The position numbers and the translations under genes are program-made. From Paracoccaceae bacterium (GTDB taxonomy: Bacteria; Pseudomonadota; Alphaproteobacteria; Rhodobacterales; Rhodobacteraceae), in the NCBI GenBank assembly GCA_028284605.1, contig JANQRL010000029.1, positions 88,574 to 152,573 on the forward strand: a stretch of DNA of 64,000 bases. Direction: 5' to 3'. Of the stretch, positions 1-9,342 are shown one piece after another. Position 1 is the first letter of the stretch. The number at the start of each line of letters is the position of its first letter. The notes beneath the pieces are model-generated. The model saw only the letters and a program-made list of their open reading frames with translations, did no database searches and was not told the DNA's origin.

Positions 1-1368
1 CTCATCCTCGCCCTCGGCAAAGACGATGCGGCGGGCGGCGGCGCGGGCGGCCTCGAAGATCGGGCGCATCAGAAGGGCGGATTTGAAGACCGAGCCGTCG
101 AGCTTCTGCTTGTAGGCGGCCATGTCCTCGATGGGCCTTGTGGCGACGCCGGTCTTGCAGGCGGCGCTGGCGACCGCGCTGGCGACCACGCCGATCAGGC
201 GGGGATCGAAGGGTTTCGGGATCAGGTAGTCGGGGCCGAAGGTGAGCTGTTCGCTCTTGTAGACGGCCGCCGCCTCGGCGCTGGTCGTGGCCCGGGCCAT
301 GGCGGCGATGCCGTCGATGCAGGCCAGTTGCATGGCGTCGTTGATCTCTGTCGCGCCGACATCGAGGGCGCCGCGAAAGATGAACGGGAAGCAGACCACG
401 TTGTTGACCTGATTGGGAAAATCGCTGCGGCCGGTGGCGATGATCGCGTCGGGGGCGACGGCGCGGGCGTCGTCGGGGAGGATTTCCGGCGTCGGGTTGG
501 CGAGGGCGAAGATGATCGGCGGGCCGGCCATCTTCGCCACCATGTCCGGGGTGAGGACGCCGGGGCCGGAGAGACCGAGGAAGAGGTCGGCGCCGGCGAT
601 CACATCATCCAACGTCGCGGGAGTGCTGCCCTGGGCATAAGCGGCCTTCTGTGGGGTCATCTGGGCCTCGCGGCCTTCGTAGACGAGACCTTCGAGGTCG
701 CAGAGCCAGACATTTTCGCGCTTCACGCCGAGCTTCAGCAGCATGTTGAGGCAGGCGATCCCTGCCGCGCCGCCGCCGGTGGAGACGACTTTGATGTCCT
801 CGAAGCGTTTACCGGCGACTTTCATCGCATTGGTGGCCGCCGCACCCACGACGATGGCGGTGCCGTGCTGATCGTCGTGGAAGACGGGGATATTCATCCG
901 CTCGCGACAGATTTTTTCGACGATGAAGCAGTCGGGGGCCTTGATGTCTTCGAGGTTGATCGCGCCGAAGGTGGGTTCCAGCGCGCAGACGATCTCGGCG
1001 AGTTTTTCCGGGTCGGCCTCGTCGATCTCGATATCGAAGCAGTCGATATTGGCGAATTTCTTGAAGAGGACCGCCTTGCCTTCCATCACCGGTTTCGAGG
1101 CCAGCGCGCCGATATTGCCGAGGCCGAGGACCGCCGAGCCGTTGGAGACGACGGCGACGAGGTTGCCGCGGGCGGTGTAGTCGCGGGCGGTGGCGGGGTC
1201 GGCCTTGATCTCCACCGACGCCTCGGCGACGCCCGGGGAATAGGCGCGGGCGAGGTCGCGGCCGTTGGCGAGCGGTTTCGTGGCCCGGATCTCCAGCTTC
1301 CCGGGCTTGGGGTCGCGGTGATAGGCGAGCGCCGCTTCGCGCAGGCTTTCCTTGGCGGTGTCGGTCAT
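1..1368 (-). CDS. maeB: NADP-dependent malic enzyme, N-terminal ~456 codons; the 3' end runs off the left edge
   Basis: Own minus-strand translation from ATG (complement of 1366-1368), with a GGAGGAG SD just upstream. Sequence: [50 protein letters not shown]...[43 protein letters not shown]...[11 protein letters not shown]. The frame stays open to position 1. It is absent from the ORF track because it has no stop in the window. Confidence 0.85.
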   Translation of the reverse strand, partial: MTDTAKESLREAALAYHRDPKPGKLEIRATKPLANGRDLARAYSPGVAEASVEIKADPATARDYTARGNLVAVVSNGSAVLGLGNIGALASKPVMEGKAVLFKKFANIDCFDIEIDEADPEKLAEIVCALEPTFGAINLEDIKAPDCFIVEKICRERMNIPVFHDDQHGTAIVVGAAATNAMKVAGKRFEDIKVVSTGGGAAGIACLNMLLKLGVKRENVWLCDLEGLVYEGREAQMTPQKAAYAQGSTPATLDDVIAGADLFLGLSGPGVLTPDMVAKMAGPPIIFALANPTPEILPDDARAVAPDAIIATGRSDFPNQVNNVVCFPFIFRGALDVGATEINDAMQLACIDGIAAMARATTSAEAAAVYKSEQLTFGPDYLIPKPFDPRLIGVVASAVASAACKTGVATRPIEDMAAYKQKLDGSVFKSALLMRPIFEAARAAARRIVFAEGEDE

Positions 1369-1627
1369 CGGCTCCTCCCTTTGCCCGATATAGTTTAATG
1401 CTGAACTATCTTCCGGGCGGCGCGATGTGAGTGTCTGTCAAAGCACGTTCCGCCACGTCTTGCAAATGGCCGGGGCGGGAGTGACACAGTCTTCACGGGC
1501 CTTTGCGGGCAGGCCCGCCCGCGCGATCCGCGTCTGGGAGGTCGCCATTGAGAGGCCCCATGGGCCGTCCGGACGCGGCTTGCATCCGACATGGCGCCGA
1601 CGCACTCTGCCGGCGAAGGAGCCAGCC

Positions 1628-2020
1628 ATGTCCCTCATCGACGACGCCCGCGCGGTGCGCGAGAACGCCCATGTGCCCTATTCGCGGTTCAAGGTCGGGG
1701 CGGCGATCCGGGCCGCCTCGGGCAGGGTTTATGTCGGCTGCAATGTGGAGAATGTGGCCTATCCCGAGGGCACCTGCGCCGAGGCCGGGGCGATCTGCGC
1801 GATGGTCGCGGCGGGGGAGACGGAGATCGCCGAAGTCGCGGTGATCGCCGATAGTCCGGTGCCGGTGTCGCCCTGCGGCGGGTGCCGGCAGAAGCTGGCG
1901 GAGTTCGGGGCCGCGGCGGTGCCGGTGACCCTGGCGACGACGGATGGCAAGACCTTGAAGACGACGATTGGTGAGTTGCTGCCCGGCGTGTTCGATGCCG
2001 AACAGATGAGCCGGGTGTGA
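1628..2020 (+). CDS. cdd: cytidine deaminase
   Basis: Frame of track ORF 1427..2020. Start moved to ATG 1628, with a GAAGGAG SD 6 nt upstream. MSLIDDARAVRENAHVPYSRFKVGAA...CAEAGAI...SPCGGCRQKL carries the zinc-ligand CAE and PCGxCRQ motifs. Confidence 0.85.
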   Translation: MSLIDDARAVRENAHVPYSRFKVGAAIRAASGRVYVGCNVENVAYPEGTCAEAGAICAMVAAGETEIAEVAVIADSPVPVSPCGGCRQKLAEFGAAAVPVTLATTDGKTLKTTIGELLPGVFDAEQMSRV

Positions 2021-2025
2021 GGCCC

Positions 2026-3333
2026 ATGGACGCGCGCAGCATCATCGCCAAGGTCCGCAATCGCGAGGAGCCGGGGCCGGAGGAACTGGCCTGGTTCGGG
2101 CAGGGACTGGCAAGTGGCGCGGTGAGCGATGCCCAGGCCGGGGCCTTTGCCATGGCGGTGCTCTTGAACGGGCTGACAGAGCCGGCGCGGGTCGGGCTGA
2201 CCATGGCGATGCGGGAATCGGGCGAAGTACTCGAATGGGACCTGCCGGGGCCGGTTGTGGACAAGCATTCGACCGGCGGCGTGGGGGATTCCGTCTCGCT
2301 GGTGCTGGCGCCGGCGCTGGCGGCCTGCGGGGTCTTTGTGCCGATGATCTCGGGGCGGGGGCTGGGCCATACCGGCGGCACGCTCGACAAGATGGAGGCG
2401 ATCCCGGGCGTGGTCGCGCAGGCCGATACGGCGACGCTCCGGCGGGTGACGCGGGAGGCGGGGTGCGCCGTGGTGGGCGCGACCGGGGATATCGCGCCGG
2501 CGGACCGGCGGCTTTATGCGATCCGGGATGTGACGGCCTCGGTCGAATCCATCGACCTGATCACCGCCTCGATCCTGTCGAAGAAGCTGGCGGCGGGGCT
2601 GGAGGCGCTGGTGCTCGACGTCAAATGCGGCTCCGGCGCGTTCATGAAGAGCGAGGCGGATGCGCGGGCGCTGGCGGAGTCTCTGGTGCGGACGGCGAAC
2701 GGGGCGGGCTGCGCGACGGCGGCGCTGATCACGGATATGAACGAGCCCCTCGCGCCGGCCTTGGGCAATGCGGTCGAGGTGGCGGTCTGCATGCAGGTGC
2801 TGGCGGGCGACCGGCTCGCCGCGCCGCGGCTCCATGACCTGTCTGTGGTGCTGGGCGGGCGGCTCCTGGCGCTGGTGGGTGAGACCGAGGGCGAGGGCGA
2901 GGAGAAGATCGCCGAGGCCATCGCCTCGGGCCGCGCGATGGCGCATTTCGCGAAGATGGTGGAGATGCTGGGCGGGCCGCCGGATATGGATACGGACTGG
3001 CAGACCCATCTGCCGAAAGCGCCGGTGGTGGGCGATGTGACCGCGCCCGAGGGCGGGGTGGTGACGGAGATCGACGGCGAGGCGTTGGGGCTGACCGTCG
3101 TGGGCCTCGGCGGTGGGCGGCAGGTGGAGACGGACCGGATCGACCCGGCCGTGGGGCTGACGGAGTTCGTGGGCATCGGGACCCGGGTGGCGCGGGGCGA
3201 TCCGCTCTGCCTGCTCCATGCGGCGGATGAGGACAGCGCGGTGGCGGCGGCGGAGCGGATCCGCGCGGCGGTGACGATCGGCGAGGGGCCGGCGGAGCCC
3301 GCGCCGCTGGTGGGCGCGCGGGTGGACCCGTGA
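2026..3333 (+). CDS. deoA: thymidine phosphorylase
   Basis: Track ORF 2017..3333. Contains AFAMAVLLNGL, DKHSTGGVGD and SGRGLGHTGGTLDK, typical of pyrimidine-nucleoside phosphorylases. ATG 2026 is preferred over GTG 2017. Confidence 0.9.
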   Translation: MDARSIIAKVRNREEPGPEELAWFGQGLASGAVSDAQAGAFAMAVLLNGLTEPARVGLTMAMRESGEVLEWDLPGPVVDKHSTGGVGDSVSLVLAPALAACGVFVPMISGRGLGHTGGTLDKMEAIPGVVAQADTATLRRVTREAGCAVVGATGDIAPADRRLYAIRDVTASVESIDLITASILSKKLAAGLEALVLDVKCGSGAFMKSEADARALAESLVRTANGAGCATAALITDMNEPLAPALGNAVEVAVCMQVLAGDRLAAPRLHDLSVVLGGRLLALVGETEGEGEEKIAEAIASGRAMAHFAKMVEMLGGPPDMDTDWQTHLPKAPVVGDVTAPEGGVVTEIDGEALGLTVVGLGGGRQVETDRIDPAVGLTEFVGIGTRVARGDPLCLLHAADEDSAVAAAERIRAAVTIGEGPAEPAPLVGARVDP

Positions 3334-4508
3334 GCCGGGCCTTCCTGATCGTGATCGACAGCGTCGGGATCGGCGGCGCGCCGGATGCCGGCCGGTTCTT
3401 CAACGGCGAGGTGCCCGATACCGGCGCCAATACGGTGGCCCATATCGCGGAGACCGTGGGGCTGACCGTGCCGGTGATGGATGGGCTCGGGCTGGGCCGC
3501 GCGGTGACGCTGGCCTCGGGCGATGTCGCGCCGGGGCTCGGGGCGGAGCCCGTGGGCGCCTGGGGGGCGGCGACGGAGGTGAGCCCGGGCAAGGATACGC
3601 CCTCGGGCCATTGGGAGCTGGCGGGTGTGCCGGTGCCCTGGGACTGGCATTACTTCCCGGACACCGATCCCTGCTTTCCCGACGATCTGGTCTTGGAGGT
3701 CTGCCGGATCGCGGGGACCGGTGGGATCCTCGGCAACCGGCATTCTTCGGGCACCGTGATCCTGGAGGAGGAGGGCGCGCGGCATATCGAGACCGGCTGG
3801 CCGATCTGCTACACCTCTGCCGACAGCGTGTTTCAGATCGCGGCCCATGAGGAGCATTTCGGCCTCGACCGGCTGTTGGCGCTTTGCGAGGCGATGGCGC
3901 CGGCGGTTCATGGGCTGAAGGTCGGGCGGGTGATCGCGCGGCCGTTCCTGGGCGCGCCGGAGGAGGGGTTCACGCGGACCGGGAACCGGCACGACTATGC
4001 CATCGCGCCGCCGAGTCCGACGCTCTGCAATTGGGTGCAGGACGCCGGGCAGCCGGTCCATGCGGTGGGGAAGATCGGCGACATCTTCTCGATGAGCGGC
4101 ATCGACGATGTGGTGAAAGGGGATGACCGGACCCTGATGGGGCATCTGATGCGGCTCGCGGAGGAGGCGGAGGACGGGGCGCTGGTCTTCGCCAATCTGG
4201 TGGAGTTCGACAGCCTCTACGGGCATCGGCGGAACCCGGGCGGATATCGCGACCATCTGGAATGGTTCGACGCGGCGCTGGGCGGGCTGCTGGCGAAGAT
4301 GCGGGAGGGCGATCTGGTGCTGATCACCGCCGATCATGGCAACGATCCGACCTGGGCCGGGACCGATCATACCCGGGAACGGGTGCCGGTGCTGATCCAT
4401 GGGATCGGCGCGCGGGAGATCGGCAATGTCGCCTTCGCCGATGTCGCGGCCAGTATCGCCGCACATCTCGGCGTCCCTTCGCAAGGCCCGGGCCGGAGCT
4501 TCCTGTGA
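3330..4508 (+). CDS. deoB: phosphopentomutase
   Basis: 392 aa. Contains IVIDSVGIGGAPDA, a metal-binding region and a C-terminal ITADHGNDPT. GTGA start/stop overlap with deoA. Confidence 0.9.
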   Translation: MSRAFLIVIDSVGIGGAPDAGRFFNGEVPDTGANTVAHIAETVGLTVPVMDGLGLGRAVTLASGDVAPGLGAEPVGAWGAATEVSPGKDTPSGHWELAGVPVPWDWHYFPDTDPCFPDDLVLEVCRIAGTGGILGNRHSSGTVILEEEGARHIETGWPICYTSADSVFQIAAHEEHFGLDRLLALCEAMAPAVHGLKVGRVIARPFLGAPEEGFTRTGNRHDYAIAPPSPTLCNWVQDAGQPVHAVGKIGDIFSMSGIDDVVKGDDRTLMGHLMRLAEEAEDGALVFANLVEFDSLYGHRRNPGGYRDHLEWFDAALGGLLAKMREGDLVLITADHGNDPTWAGTDHTRERVPVLIHGIGAREIGNVAFADVAASIAAHLGVPSQGPGRSFL

Positions 4509-5494
4509 GCCTCGCCGCGCTGCCCAAGGTCGAGCTGCACCTGCATCTGGAAGGCGCCGCGCCGCCCGGGTTCATTCGCGGGATGGCGGCGGAAAAGCGG
4601 ATCGATATCAGCGGGATATTCGCCGAGGACGGGTCCTATCATGTCGAGGATTTCGACCATTTCATCCAGGTCTACGAGGCGGCCTGCACGGTGCTTCAGT
4701 CCCCGGAGGATTTCCGCCGCCTGACGCTGGCGGTGCTGGAGCAGAGCGCGAAGCACGGGGTGATCTATTCCGAGACCTTTCTGAGCCCGGATTTCTGTGG
4801 CGGCGGGGATGTGGCGGCGTGGCGCGACTATCTCGCCGCCATTGAGGAGGCGGCGGCGGAGGCGGAGCGGGAGTTCGGCATCACGCTGCGGGGTATCGTC
4901 ACCTGCATCCGCCATAACGGGCCGGACCAGGCGAAGCGCGCGGCGCTCTGTGCCGCCGAGACCATGGGGGAGTTCCTGACCGGGTTCGGGATGGCGGGGG
5001 CGGAGATGGTCGGTCGGCCGAGGGACTTTGCCTGGAGCTTCGACGCGGCGCGGGAGGCGGGGCTGCGGCTGACCTGTCATGCCGGGGAATGGGGCGGGCC
5101 GGATATGGTGGCGGACACGCTGCGCGATCTGCGGGTGGAGCGGATCGGCCACGGGATCGCGGCGATCCGGGACGAGGACCTGATGCTGCGGCTCGCGGGC
5201 GAGGGCGTGGTGCTGGAGGTCTGTCCGGGCTCCAACGTGGCGCTGGGCGCGGCGCTGAGCCTCGAGACCCATCCGATTGCCGATCTGCGCGAGGCCGGTG
5301 TGCCGGTGACCGTGTCGACCGACGATCCGCCGTTCTTTCACACCGATATGACGCGGGAATTCGAGGGGCTGGCGCGGGTCTTCGGCTGGGGCGAGACGGA
5401 TTTCGCGGAGCTCACCCGGACTGCCCTTGACGCCGCCTTCTGCGACGCCGACACCCGGGCCCGCATCGCCAAGAAACTGGAGGCCGCGCCATGA
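4505..5494 (+). CDS. add: adenosine deaminase
   Basis: Frame of track ORF 4262..5494. Start placed at GTG 4505, overlapping the deoB stop. Contains [25 protein letters not shown] and [11 protein letters not shown] motifs. Confidence 0.85.
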   Translation: MSLAALPKVELHLHLEGAAPPGFIRGMAAEKRIDISGIFAEDGSYHVEDFDHFIQVYEAACTVLQSPEDFRRLTLAVLEQSAKHGVIYSETFLSPDFCGGGDVAAWRDYLAAIEEAAAEAEREFGITLRGIVTCIRHNGPDQAKRAALCAAETMGEFLTGFGMAGAEMVGRPRDFAWSFDAAREAGLRLTCHAGEWGGPDMVADTLRDLRVERIGHGIAAIRDEDLMLRLAGEGVVLEVCPGSNVALGAALSLETHPIADLREAGVPVTVSTDDPPFFHTDMTREFEGLARVFGWGETDFAELTRTALDAAFCDADTRARIAKKLEAAP

Positions 5495-6123
5495 GCCAGC
5501 ACCTGACCCTCGTCGACCATCCGCTGGTGCAGCACAAGCTGACGATCATGCGCGACAAGGAGACCTCGACGAAATCGTTCCGCCAGCTTCTCCGCGAGAT
5601 CAGCCATCTGCTCGCCTATGAGGTCAGCCGCAACCTGCCGATGACCGATGTGCGGATCGAGACCCCGCTGGAGGCGATGGATGCGCCGATGATCGAGGGC
5701 AAGAAGCTGGCGCTGGTGTCGATCCTGCGGGCCGGGAACGGGTTGCTTGACGGGATTCTGGACCTGATCCCGGCGGCGCGGGTGGGGTTCGTCGGGCTCT
5801 ACCGCGACGAGGAGACGCTGCAACCGGTGCAGTATTACTGCAAGCTGCCCGAGGGGCTGGAGGATCGCCTTGTCATCGCGGTGGACCCGATGCTGGCCAC
5901 GGGCAATTCCTCGGTGGCGGCCATCGATCTGCTGAAGGAGGCCGGGGCGGCCAATATCCGGTTCCTCTGCCTTCTGGCCGCGCCGGAGGGGATCGCGCGG
6001 ATGAAGGAGGCCCATCCGGACGTGCCCATCGTGACCGCGGCGGTGGACGATCACCTCAACGAGATGGGCTATATCGTGCCCGGCCTCGGCGATGCCGGAG
6101 ACCGGATGTACGGCACGAAATAA
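5491..6123 (+). CDS. upp: uracil phosphoribosyltransferase
   Basis: 210 aa. Contains [20 protein letters not shown] (PRPP loop) and a C-terminal [22 protein letters not shown] overlap with add. Confidence 0.92.
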   Translation: MSQHLTLVDHPLVQHKLTIMRDKETSTKSFRQLLREISHLLAYEVSRNLPMTDVRIETPLEAMDAPMIEGKKLALVSILRAGNGLLDGILDLIPAARVGFVGLYRDEETLQPVQYYCKLPEGLEDRLVIAVDPMLATGNSSVAAIDLLKEAGAANIRFLCLLAAPEGIARMKEAHPDVPIVTAAVDDHLNEMGYIVPGLGDAGDRMYGTK

Positions 6124-6212
6124 GGCGCTTCGGCGCCCCGGTGGCCGGGGACAATGGCTTTACAGCCTCCGGATTGTCGTGCATCGTTTCACAATAACGC
6201 TTGGGGGCGAGC

Positions 6213-7736
6213 ATGGCATTTCGGGGTATGGCCGCGATTGCGGCGGTCGCGGTTCTGACCTTCGGAGGGGCCGTTTCCGCGCAGTCGGTGCGGGATGTCG
6301 GGCCGCCCGCGGAGCTGCCTCCCGCCGATTTCCGGGGCATTCAATATGTCGACAGCCGGGGCTGCGTCTATATCCGTGCCGGCGTCGGCGGGGCGACGAA
6401 CTGGGTGCCGCGGGTGAACCGTAACCGCGATGTGCTCTGCGGGTTCCGGCCGACATTTGCCCAGGCGCCGGCGCCGGCGCCGGCCAGCCCGGTGGCACCG
6501 CCGTCGAACCGGGTCGTGGACCTGACCGCGGGATTGACGGTGCCGTCTCAGGCCGCGGCGCCGGCGCGGCGCCCGGCGCAGAGCGCTGGCCGGCAGCCGA
6601 TCGAGACCGTGGCCTCGGTCACCACGCCGCCGCGGGTCGGACAGGCTGCCGCCCCGGTCGAGGCGCCGGCGGAGCGGCAGCCGCGCCGGGTCACCCTCGC
6701 GGAAGCCTGCGAGGGGCGCACCGGGGTGCAGCGTGGGCTGATCGACACAAGGTCGGGCCGGCCGGTGGATTGCGGCCCGGCGCGGGTGCAGAATGTGGCG
6801 GCGCCGGCCGCTGAGCCCGAACCGCGGCGGCTGACCCTGGCGGAAGCCTGCGACGGGCGGACCGGCCTGCAGCGCGGGCTGATCAACAGCCGCACCGGTC
6901 AGCCGGTCGATTGCGGACCGGCCCGGGTGCAGACCGTAGCCGCTTCCGCGGCGCCGGTGGCCCCGGTGACCAGCGGGCCGCGCCGGGTCACCCGGGCCGA
7001 GATCTGCGCCGAGATCGCCGCGACGGGCCGGCGCTTCGTCAATCAGGCGACCGGACTGCCGGTGCGCTGCGCCGAGACCCCCGCCGCGACCGTCGTCGCT
7101 ACCCAGAGCGCGCCGCAGACCCGCCGGGTGGCCACCGTGTCCGGCGCCAATGGCTGCCCCGGAGAGATCGGCCGGTTCACCCGCAGCAATCTGCCGGTGC
7201 GGTGCGGGCCGCAGGCGGTTTCGCCGCTGACCGGCGGGCTCGTGGCCGGGGTGTCGCAATCCCGGGTCTCGGCCCGGAGTGCCGCCAATGCCCGGCCGTT
7301 CGAGCGGCCGGCGCCGGTCTCCAACCCGGCCTTGGTGCGGGACATCAACCCGGAACCGCCGGCGGGGTATCAGCGGGTCTGGGAGGACGGACGGCTCAAT
7401 CCGCAGCGCGGGATCGTGCGGGGGGTGGTTGCGCCGCAGGGCCCGGGCCTGGTGCGGATTTCCAGCCGGTCCGTGGCGCCGCAGAGCGTGACGCCCGAGA
7501 CGCCGGCGCATCGCTACGTGACCGTGGGCACCTTCGGGAGCCGGGAGGCGGCGCAGGACGCGGCCAAGGCGCTGCGGGCCCGGGGCCTGCCGATGCGGAT
7601 CGGGGTGTTCGAGCGTCAGGGGCGGGAGCTGCGGCTGGTGATGTCGGGACCCCATGACAGCGCCGGGTCGTTGCGACGGGCGCTGGGCGTGGTGCGCGGC
7701 GCGGGCTATCCGGGCGCCTCGACGGGCAATTTCTGA
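6213..7736 (+). CDS. SPOR domain-containing secreted protein with internal Cys-pair repeats
   Basis: Signal-like N-terminus MAFRGMAAIAAVAVLTFGGAVSAQS. Pro/Ala-rich linker. Three tandem units of type PRRxTLAEAC(E/D)GRTGxQRGLIxxRxGxPVDCGPARVQ. The C-terminal HRYVTVGTFGSREAAQDAAKALRARGLPMRIGVF resembles a SPOR fold. Confidence 0.7.
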   Translation: MAFRGMAAIAAVAVLTFGGAVSAQSVRDVGPPAELPPADFRGIQYVDSRGCVYIRAGVGGATNWVPRVNRNRDVLCGFRPTFAQAPAPAPASPVAPPSNRVVDLTAGLTVPSQAAAPARRPAQSAGRQPIETVASVTTPPRVGQAAAPVEAPAERQPRRVTLAEACEGRTGVQRGLIDTRSGRPVDCGPARVQNVAAPAAEPEPRRLTLAEACDGRTGLQRGLINSRTGQPVDCGPARVQTVAASAAPVAPVTSGPRRVTRAEICAEIAATGRRFVNQATGLPVRCAETPAATVVATQSAPQTRRVATVSGANGCPGEIGRFTRSNLPVRCGPQAVSPLTGGLVAGVSQSRVSARSAANARPFERPAPVSNPALVRDINPEPPAGYQRVWEDGRLNPQRGIVRGVVAPQGPGLVRISSRSVAPQSVTPETPAHRYVTVGTFGSREAAQDAAKALRARGLPMRIGVFERQGRELRLVMSGPHDSAGSLRRALGVVRGAGYPGASTGNF

Positions 7737-7741
7737 AGCGC

Positions 7742-8761
7742 TCAGGCGCCGCAGATACCCTGAAGCGCAACCCAATCGGCATCGCTCAGGATCGGCGGCG
7801 GCACCCGTCCCGCGAGGGGGTCGGCCTCGATCAGGGAAAGCGTGGTTTCCCCCGTGATATCAAGCGCATAGGCATAGGGTGTCGTCGGAAGATCGGCGGC
7901 GGCGAAGCTCTCGATCAGCACGTCGTCGGCGACCCGGGGCGGGGGATCGGCGAGGAGCGCCTCGGCATGGGCGCGCAAGGTCCCGGGCGGCAGATCGCCA
8001 GTGGTGTAGAGGTGGAAGGCGGCCCGGATCCCGGCCTGGCGCAGGATCGCGCCGAGCGGATCGTCGACCCGGATCGTCGCGGCGGCGGCGGCGACATGGC
8101 CGGCGGCGATGGCGGGGTCCTCATGATCCTCGACCACCGCGCGGTTCAGCGTGATGACGCCGCCGGGCAGGTAGAGCGCGCCCGGGGGCCCGCCGGGCAG
8201 CACGACGATCTGGCCCGGCGCATCCGGCCCGAGCGCGCGGCGTTGCAGGGCGGGCAGCGCGGCGGCGGCCTCTGGCGCACGGCACGCCGGGCCAATGAGG
8301 GCCTGGACATGGCCCAGCAGCGTGGCGCCGATCTCGGAACGTTTGACCGGCGGGACCACGGAGAGGGTCTGGCGCATCAGCGCGTCGGGGAGCCAGAAGA
8401 TGGCGAGCGCCGCGACCATTGCCGCCGAGAGGCCGAGACCGAGGAGGCGCAGGCGGCCGGGATGGGGGCGGCTTCTGGCGACACTCTTGCGGATTGTTTC
8501 GATGGCCTCGATCATGTCGGCATCGTCGATCTCCACACTCTCACCGCCGGCGGGGTCAGGGGCGAAGAGGGCGGGGCGGGTGCCGGGGTTCAGCCGCTCG
8601 ACGGCAGGCAGCGACCAGTGGCTCAGAGCGCGGCCGGCACTGTCGGCGATCACCAGGGTGGCCTCGCCGAAGGAGACGATGACGTCGCGGCGCTGCGCCT
8701 CCGCCGAGGCGCGCCAGATGCCGCCGCTTTCCAGCCGCTGGTATCGCGCAAGTGCCGTCAT
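7742..8761 (-). CDS. hypothetical membrane-anchored protein
   Basis: Frame of track ORF 7742..8965. Start moved to ATG at 8761 (MTALARYQRLESGG...). One hydrophobic segment, LLGLGLSAAMVAALAIFWL. Coding-like composition. No family recognised. Confidence 0.55.
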   Translation of the reverse strand: MTALARYQRLESGGIWRASAEAQRRDVIVSFGEATLVIADSAGRALSHWSLPAVERLNPGTRPALFAPDPAGGESVEIDDADMIEAIETIRKSVARSRPHPGRLRLLGLGLSAAMVAALAIFWLPDALMRQTLSVVPPVKRSEIGATLLGHVQALIGPACRAPEAAAALPALQRRALGPDAPGQIVVLPGGPPGALYLPGGVITLNRAVVEDHEDPAIAAGHVAAAAATIRVDDPLGAILRQAGIRAAFHLYTTGDLPPGTLRAHAEALLADPPPRVADDVLIESFAAADLPTTPYAYALDITGETTLSLIEADPLAGRVPPPILSDADWVALQGICGA

Positions 8762-8871
8762 GGGGGCCTGCTCCGCCGCCTCGTTTTGCGGCAGGATAGG
8801 GCAGGCGGGCGGGAAAAGCGAGATGGGTGGAGCAAGGCACGGAGGCGCCCGGGTGGACCCGGTCCGGAGCC

Positions 8872-9330
8872 GTGCGAGGGGCTTGTTTGCGGGCGGAGCG
8901 GATCTGACGGAGCGGCGCGCATGCGGCCGGACCGACCTCGGGTGGGCCCACAGCACTTGTCCCACCGGTAGCGCTTCAAAGCATCAGCGCCACACGTGCT
9001 TCGGTCGGATCGACAGCGGCCCTCCCGGGGGGGAGGTCGGGCCGGGCGCATGCGCGCCGCGTTGCGTGGGATGGTGGAGGTCCCCCGTCGACCGGACCTT
9101 CAAGCAATGCGGCGCGGAATCGAGGCCGAAGGCCGGCCGCGCATCGACGGGCCGCACCCACGGACCGGCGATTGGGTGCCGTCAGTACGTCGCTCCGGGC
9201 TAGCTCGGACGTGGCCGGGATAAAGCGCTCAGGACGAAAACTCGGATCGCCGCTCCGCGGCCCGCCGATGCCCGGCCTCGGCGCTAGCCTTGCCGAACGT
9301 CCGCTCAGGGCTCATCGCAGTCATCCAGGC
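8872..9330 (+). repeat. mosaic intergenic repeat, copy A (module 1 at 8915-9058 plus module 2 at ~9095-9330)
   Basis: Module 1 is ~92% identical (12 mismatches in 144 nt by hand alignment) to 37789-37932. Module 2 shares the blocks GGCGATTGGGT (9167-9177), ATAAAGCGC (9220-9228), GGATCGCC and ACGTCCGCT (9297-9305) with copies at 24300-24535 and 28195-28455. Outer borders are approximate. Confidence 0.8.
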
Positions 9331-9342
9331 CAGCCGATCCCG

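Noticed and set aside
328-1398. 356-aa plus-strand ORF covering the left end of the window
   Set aside because: Its composition is Gly/Asp/Arg/Ala-rich and low in complexity. It is antisense to a clear malic-enzyme reading frame. This is a typical stop-poor shadow ORF of high-GC DNA.
8915-9058. Apparently conserved peptides encoded by the repeat: MGQVLWAHPRSVRPHARR on the minus strand and RACGRTDLGWAH.TCPTG.ASKHQRH on the plus strand, in both copies
   Set aside because: The conservation simply reflects ~92% DNA identity. Most nucleotide differences would change the amino acid. The frames run on into unrelated flanks, and there is no SD or sensible start.
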